DNA from: Gekko japonicus
Lineage: Eukaryota
Assembly: GCF_001447785.1 (NCBI RefSeq)
Contig: NW_015173223.1
Location: forward strand, 82,593 to 135,287
Direction of reading: 5' to 3'
DNA length: 52,695 bases
Shown: positions 46,074 to 52,695 of the stretch, piece by piece
How the letters are laid out: every line of letters begins with the position of its first letter
How positions within the stretch are numbered: the first letter of the stretch is position 1
Made by a program: the position numbers and the translations under genes
Notes under the pieces: model-generated
What the model was told of the DNA's origin: nothing
The model's database searches: none
The model's input: the letters and a program-made list of their open reading frames with translations, nothing else

Positions 46074-46790
46074 TGCTTTTATCAAGAATGTTTAATACTT
46101 CTTTTAATCTTTTTGTGTCTTAAATTGTGGTTTTCTTTCAATTCCTATTAATCTGTTATTAGCCACTTTGGGAGTTTAGGATGAAAGGAGGGGTGTAAAT
46201 TCAGACTCATTCATTCAATGGTTCATTTATGAACCTGCTATTGTGGATAGTTAAACCCAGATATTGTGAACAGATATCGCCTCCATTGCCATCTCCTGAT
46301 GTCACCAGCAAGGGTGCTGGATCCCCCTGACCATACAGCAACTCTTGGCAGAGACAACTAGCAGTCCCTCAGCAACCCCCAGGAATTATGTCACTAGCTG
46401 TGGATTGCTCTCAGAAATAGGAACCTGTTAGAACAGACAGAGAACGGTCTTTTCCATCATTGCTACCTGATGATAATTTGTGTAAAGACGACAGGTTTGG
46501 GTCCAAGTAGCTTCTCTGATGTCATGACCGTCCAAAGAGGCATTTGACTGCCAAACAAGGATATACTGGGCATCATAAGACATATGTGGACAAATGCCAC
46601 CTGAGTTGGGGGCTGAGTGAAAAAGCTGGCTTGATTCAGTCCACAGTGTCTACCATTGAGCCATGGCACTTCCTAAGCAATGTCTTCCCCTGTCTACCAC
46701 CATCTCCTTTAGTGCCTGGTCTTAACATACAGTGATTTTCACCACTCTAAAGTGCAGTTTATTTGGCCTTTGCAGGTTTGAGCTACCAGC

Positions 46791-47747
46791 ATGGGAAAGG
46801 CCGAGCAAGAAAATGAAACAACTGTCACTGAATTCCTTCTTCTGGGCTTTGGGGATCTTGGGGATCAAGAGTTGCTTCTGTTTTTGCTCTTCTTAGTGAT
46901 CTACATTGTAACCATGGTGGGGAATATCCTCATTGTGGTGTTGGTTGTGGTTGACCGTCACCTTCACACCCCCATGTATTTCTTCTTGGGCAACTTGTCC
47001 TGCTTGGAGACCTGCTCCAGTTCCAGCGTTCTTCCTGTGATGCTGGCTAATCTGTTTCATGGGGGCCCAGGAACCATTTCTGTCATGGGCTGCATGGCAC
47101 AGTATTACTTCTTTGGTTTCTTAGCGGTTTCAGAATGTTATCTCCTTGCGGCAATGTCTTATGACAGATATGTGGCAATATGTAAACCATTGCTCTATAT
47201 GGTACTTATGAATGGTAAGATGTGCCTCCAGCTAGTAGCTGGATCTTGGGTTAGTGGTTCCATGGCTATAAACATAACTATATATTTAATGCACCAACTG
47301 ACCTTCTGTGGTCCCTCTGAAATCGACCATTTCTTTTGTGACTTTAATCCCATATTGAAGCTGTCTTGCAGTGACACACATGCCATTAAACTTCTAACTT
47401 TCTTCCTAGCTGCTGTGTGTTCCCTCCCCCCATTTCTGTTGACCCTGACATCGTATGGCTACATCATCTCTGCCATTGTCAGCATCCCATCTACCTCTGG
47501 CAGGCAAAAGGCCTTTTCCACCTGCTCCTCTCACCTCATTGTGGTGTCCATTTTCTATGGCACCATCATGATCGTTTACTTGTTGCCCAAAACAGAGGCC
47601 CTGCAAGACCTCAACAAAGTCTTCTCGATTTTCTATACAGTCCTGACCCCTTTGTTCAACCCCCTGATATATAGCCTGAGAAACAGGGAGGTCAAAGTGG
47701 CCTTCAGAAGGGCTGTGGCTAAGTTCTGTTCATTTGAAAGAATGTAA
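46791..47747 (+). CDS. Olfactory receptor, class II (OR6/OR11-like), intact, 318 aa
   Basis: All OR motifs present; TTTGCAG acceptor with AG at 46774-46775; near-identical to 24298-25242. Confidence 0.97.
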   Translation: MGKAEQENETTVTEFLLLGFGDLGDQELLLFLLFLVIYIVTMVGNILIVVLVVVDRHLHTPMYFFLGNLSCLETCSSSSVLPVMLANLFHGGPGTISVMGCMAQYYFFGFLAVSECYLLAAMSYDRYVAICKPLLYMVLMNGKMCLQLVAGSWVSGSMAINITIYLMHQLTFCGPSEIDHFFCDFNPILKLSCSDTHAIKLLTFFLAAVCSLPPFLLTLTSYGYIISAIVSIPSTSGRQKAFSTCSSHLIVVSIFYGTIMIVYLLPKTEALQDLNKVFSIFYTVLTPLFNPLIYSLRNREVKVAFRRAVAKFCSFERM

Positions 47748-49059
47748 GTTTGCATATTTCGTTTTGTTCATTTGAAAGAATGTAAGTTAGCATCTTTAGA
47801 GTCCAGTTTCTCTCTTATTCTGTTAATTTAAGTGGTCTGGATCTGATCTGCTTTGTGCTAGTAAAAAAGGTGGAGGGCATTCAGTCACCAAAAAAGCTGT
47901 ACTGGGGATCATGGGACGTGCACGGACAAAGACATGCGGAATATAGGTTGTAATAAGGAGGGGAACTGCTCAGGTCATTGTAAGATTTCCTGGCTGGATC
48001 CAACCCAATAGTTTTTCAAACCATTATTTTTGCTTGCTCGCGTTGTAATGGCAAACCAGCTTTTCAAAACCCATTGTACTATTATGTATTTTGCTTCATA
48101 AATGAATCATTTAACCATTTTTTTGTCTGTTTCCAGTGTCGTGTTGATATTCATGTTTTGAGAGGGAAGAATTCTTTGATTGTAAGTCTTGATTTTAAAA
48201 TCCAAGTCACAGATAACAATGACAATGCTAATTGTAATAAACAATGAAAATGGTTGTTAGAGACATTTGCTTTTCTGTCGTCAGTTTTCCTACAATATTT
48301 CTACCCGTCTTCTCTTAGCTAGCTTCAGTTGATTTCATTGATTTCAAAGAGTTAGAATTAAGGGTGTATTTCACCTTTCCAACAAAATCAATGGACTTTA
48401 AAACTAGGTAATTATATCTGGATGGTGCCCAGAGTCTATGTATTCCTGGCTACTTGCTCTTAAAGACTTTATGGTGTAGTAGTAGAAATGTCCAATTAAG
48501 ACTTTGGTTTACATTCCCACTCTGCTGCAATACTCACTGGGTGACTTTTCTCAAACTGACCCACTGCTCAAGGGTTATTGTGAAGATCAAATGGGCAAGA
48601 AGACAACCCTCCACACTGCCTTGAGCTCCTTGGGGAAGGACAGGACACAAATGTAGATTAATGAAAGGGTTCTTCCTAGCCAGTGTTAAGCACTTAATGG
48701 AATAAGGTGTGAGTCAGGAGGCCACTGATGCAATTCTCAGCTAAACTATGAACATGCAAGGTGGCCTTTGGCAAGCCACTCTAAGTTTCTTCATGAAGTC
48801 TGAATGATGGATAAATAAAAGCTTCATGTTCAGAGGTTGCATACCTCTGAATACAAATTAGTAGTAATGCAATAATAGGGTACAACTTTGCATTCCAATA
48901 CCTGTTTGTGAGCTACCCAACAACATCTGGTTGGTCACTGTTGGAAACCACACACCTGCTGAGATGGATTTTTCGCTGGAGAATTTTCTTATGTTCTTAT
49001 GGGAAGACTTAGCTTTCCTGTCGAAAGTACAGAGCCAGCATTAGATGTCAGCATCTAAT

Positions 49060-49462
49060 CAGGGGTCATTTACTGCAGGAGCGCACAGGAGCGGAGCTCC
49101 AGCAGTAAAGAGCCCAGGGGGTGGGCACATGCAACAAGCCCCACCCCCTGCTCCCAGCAGCCCTCAGTCACAGCAAGAAGCAGCCAGGTAAATTGCAGAG
49201 CCCCCTCCCCCCCCCCGGTCCAAAACAGTCCAGTGGCATATTTAAGACCAAGTTTTATTCAGGTACAAGCTCTTCTTCCTCTGCAAGGACAGATCTGCAT
49301 GTTCACCCCCCCCCAATAGCTAGCAATCCAAAACAGTCCAATGGAACCTGAGCAGTGGGTGTTGCCTTCTGACACATGTCTGGTGATGTCAGGGGGTGTG
49401 GCATATGCAAATGAGTTATGCTAATGAGCTCCTGCACCTCTTTTTCTACAAAATGATCCCTG
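49060..49462. mobile_element. hAT-type MITE related to 11102-11567 (different interior)
   Basis: CAGGGGTCATTT ... AAATGATCCCTG; shared right-end block with ATGCAAATGAGTTATGCTAATGAG; TSD not matched. Confidence 0.75.
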
Positions 49463-49660
49463 TGGGCAATCATGAGCTCTCAGAGACTGGAGATAGCCAA
49501 AGGTACTGAGAGCCACCATGGGCCCCCGAACAAAGATTACACCCCCCCCCCATATGACACTGATCCAAACCAAATATCAACAAGTCATTTTGCTTGCTGT
49601 TTCCAGGAATCTATAGTAATTTTTAAAAAATCAGCCTGCCTGCCTATCTGTCCATTTATG

Positions 49661-49912
49661 CAAAGAATAACGAAAACAACCGTGATGTGGTATTATGAAC
49701 ATATATTTAGACTACTGTTCTATAGTGAATCGTATTTCTTCATCACATTATAAAAATATACGCATATCTGTGTATACGTATATTTTTATAATGTGATGAA
49801 GAAATACGATTCATTATAGAATAGTAGTCTAAATATACTTTCATAATATAACATCATGGCTGTTTTCGTTATTTTTTGCATCCTTCCTGTGATTTCTCTG
49901 TTGTTTCTACAC
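49661..49912 (+). mobile_element. Near-perfect fold-back insertion (probably Penelope-like inverted pseudo-LTR)
   Basis: 15-bp TSD ATCTGTCCATTTATG (49646-49660, 49913-49927); ~105-bp inverted arms centred near 49769; homologous to 915-1347. Confidence 0.75.
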
Positions 49913-50943
49913 ATCTGTCCATTTATGGCAGGCATAAGTCATCGGCTATGGGGTCCACAGTTGGCAATCAGCTTCAGGATGATTGTGGGAGTTCTGTCAT
50001 TTGTCATATAGCAAAGAAAGGGTTATTTGATCTTCCATCAATAACAACCCAGTGTCTGAACTGGGAGTTCTAACTTCTCGTCCACATGTATAACCACTAA
50101 TGTAGATTAATGTTCTATTACCATGCATGTAAAAGTAGAGGGGAAAGTATCCTTTTACTACTTTTTTAGATCATAGGGAAATATCACCTCTCTCCCCTTC
50201 TGTTCATCGTATTAACAAAGATTTGCTACTATACTGCTACTAAGTATGTTGTATTGGCAAGCAGGATCGGGATGAGAAGACCAAGACTTGAAAATAAATT
50301 GGGGTTGGTGGTGGACAAATTAGGTGGAAGAAGAGAAAAATGAATGAGAAAAGAGTGGAAAAGAGGGAGAGAAATTAAGGAAGAGAGAGGGAAAGGCTCT
50401 TGCTGCAACACACTAACTACTACTTTTGCTTCAGTCCTGCAAAAAGGAAAGTCTGGCTGATAGAGCACATTTTATACTGTCCAGGCTTCCCTGCGCCCCT
50501 AGTGGCTGCAGTCAGAATTGCATCAAAGGGGGGTCATTGGAAAGGCATTAGTCTGAATGCAGTATGATGCTGGCTTCAGGGCCCGCCAGCTGATTTCCCT
50601 CCCCAATTTTGTCCCCCCAGTCCACCCCCATTGGTGGTCCTGGTGAGGGCTCACTGTTGATTTTTTGACCAATCACAGCTCGGCAGTACTTGCCATTGCT
50701 TGTTTTCAGATGAGTGGGCATGTGTGTAGCATAGCCTGATGGTGCACCAGAAATCTTTCTACATCGATGTGGATGGACCCTCTTGAAAGGAGATATTTAG
50801 TTCGTTAGGAGGAGGTGGCAGTACACATTCCTGTTGACTTACCGACCGATGAGAGATGGCTTTGATTTTAATGTGGACTTTGGATATCATGTTGGAATGA
50901 GCACAGAGACCAATACTAGGTAATGTGTACTTCTTGGTTTCCA

Positions 50944-51030
50944 ACAGAACAAAGTTTGAGTCCAGTGGGACCTTTAAGACCAATAACGTTTAATTTTGGG
51001 TATAAGCTTTCATGTGCATGCACACTTCAT
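50944..51030 (-). mobile_element. Penelope pseudo-LTR fragment
   Basis: Minus strand GTGTGCATGCACATGAAAGCTTATAC..TTGGTCTTAAAGGTCCCACTGGACTCAAACTTTGT, same family as 30898-31880. Confidence 0.75.
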
Positions 51031-51662
51031 TCTTGGTTTCCAGGTTGGTTTGCTTACAGCTCTGATCCTAACTGGGGGGGAAAACCACAATGGTGGTTGG
51101 GGGTGGTTATTTTTCGTGATATCCACTGTAAAAATGTGGTAGTCTGTGGGCAATGCCATATCTTTTTTTTTGCCACCCACCTATATGAGTGACCACTTAT
51201 GGTGCTGGGAGGAAAACGCTACTGGGAATCTTGCTCAGCCCTACTCCAACCTGGAATCTGCCCTTTCTAAATTACATCAAGTAGTTAACTTGGATTGGAA
51301 TATGCCCAAATATCTTGCTAAAATGGAACAAAATTTCTCCTTATATATAATTGAGTAGTGAGGTGGCACTTTCCAGCTCTCCCATTGGCTGTGCAATGTG
51401 CTCCCTCAGCCATTGGCCCATCAGCCGCCACTCAAGAGTACTTGCGTGCCCTTGGCCGGGTGCTGGGTATGCTCCTCTTCCCCACCCACTCCCACCTCAG
51501 CAGCTCTTCCCTGTCAGAATTACTGGCAAACGGCTGTCTCTCCCGATGAAGACACTTCTCCTGCTTGGCTCCTCTGTGGAACTAACTTTTCCCTCAGGGG
51601 CTGCTGGTAGAAGGAAACCCTTTCGAGGCCTTTGTGAGGAACTCATTGGGGCCCATCCTGAC

Positions 51663-51890
51663 TAGAGATGCCAGCTCCAGGTTGGGGAATTCCTGGATAT
51701 TCTGTGTTTAATGAAGCCAGTCTAAGGAAGCCAGAGTTTGGGGAGGGGAGAGGCCTCAGCTGAACATAATGCCATAGAGCCCATCATCCAAAGCAGTTAT
51801 TTTCTCGGTGGTGGGTGGCAGATCTGTTGTCTGGAGTTCAGTTGTGATACCTGGCGATCTTCAGGCTCCACCTGAAGGTTGGCTACCCTA
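51663..51890. mobile_element. MITE with TAGGGTTGCCA-type TIRs
   Basis: TAGAGATGCCA ... TGGCTACCCTA; an internally deleted duplicate with the same flanks lies at 52162-52261. Confidence 0.7.
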
Positions 51891-52695
51891 GGTGCAGCAG
51901 TTAGCGCTTCACAGCAGGGTCTCCAAGGCAGAGATCAGTTCCCCTATGGCATTAAACCCTGCTGAGTCCTTCCCCTCCCCAAATGCTGCCCTCCACATGA
52001 TCCCCCCCCCAACTCTCCAGGTATTTCCCTATTCAGAGCTGGCAGCCCTGCTTTCCCCTCAGTGCCTGTTGCTAGGCAACCAAACTTGGTTCTGTCAGTA
52101 AAAGACCCTTTCCATGCCTGTTTTGGCCTTTGGGAGAAAACACATTGGGACCAGTCCTGACTAGGGTTGCCAGCTCCGGGTAGGGAAATTCATGGAGATT
52201 TTATGGTAGAGTCTATGATACCTGGCAATCTTCAGGCTCCATATGGAGATTGGCTACCCTAGGCATAGCAGTCAGCACTTCAGAGCACGGTCTGCTAGAC
52301 CCAGGTTCTTGCTGTGGAAGCTGAATTGGTGATTTTGGACCAGTCACAGACTTTCAGCCTAACCTACCTCACAGGGTTGTTGTGCAAGTCAAAAGGGGGA
52401 GAGGAGAATGATGTAAGCTGCTTTGGTCCCCATTGCAGAGAAAGACTACTTTTCCTCTTGGGGAACCATTGTTGCCAATCTCCAGGTGAGGGCTGGAGAT
52501 CACTCAGAATTACAACTGCTCTTCATATGGCAGAGATCAGTTCCCCTGGAGAAAATGGTGGACTCTGTGTCCTTATACCCTGCTGAGATGGCTCTTCTAT
52601 GACAGCCAATGTGACATAGCAGTCAGGGCTTCAGAGCATGGTAGAGGCTGCAGGTGTGTGTGTGGGGGAGACAGAAAGCTGAAGAGTGAGGGGTA

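Larger units (their letters stand above)
45255..48360 (+). repeat. Outer right arm of the inverted duplication (pairs with 23650-26346)
   Basis: Reverse-complement alignment across both flanks and the CDS. Confidence 0.92.

Overview
Vertebrate genomic DNA with three N-gaps, almost certainly squamate and probably gecko (Sauria SINE, Squam3-type SINEs with (TCT)n tails, 5S-derived SINE, BovB, CR1, L2, L1, Penelope). It is a class II (OR6/OR10/OR11-like) olfactory receptor cluster with four intact single-exon ORs (14102-15049 +, 24298-25242 -, 37594-38556 -, 46791-47747 +) and four OR pseudogene stubs. Roughly 23.6-48.4 kb forms a large imperfect palindrome: the outer arms carry two near-identical OR paralogues showing patchwork gene conversion, and the inner arms carry paired truncated OR stubs. 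The most unusual element is a ~1.8 kb TSD-flanked, polyadenylated, ORF1-only L1 derivative (HAL1-like) with tandem 5' UTR monomers at 27668-29492. Also present: several fold-back Penelope-derived insertions with decayed hammerhead-ribozyme cores, a duplication bounded by a single MITE end, a hairpin-mediated micro-inversion in an OR pseudogene, and a locally templated insertion within an L1. All calls were made by eye; repeat family names are from recall and need a RepeatMasker/Dfam check.
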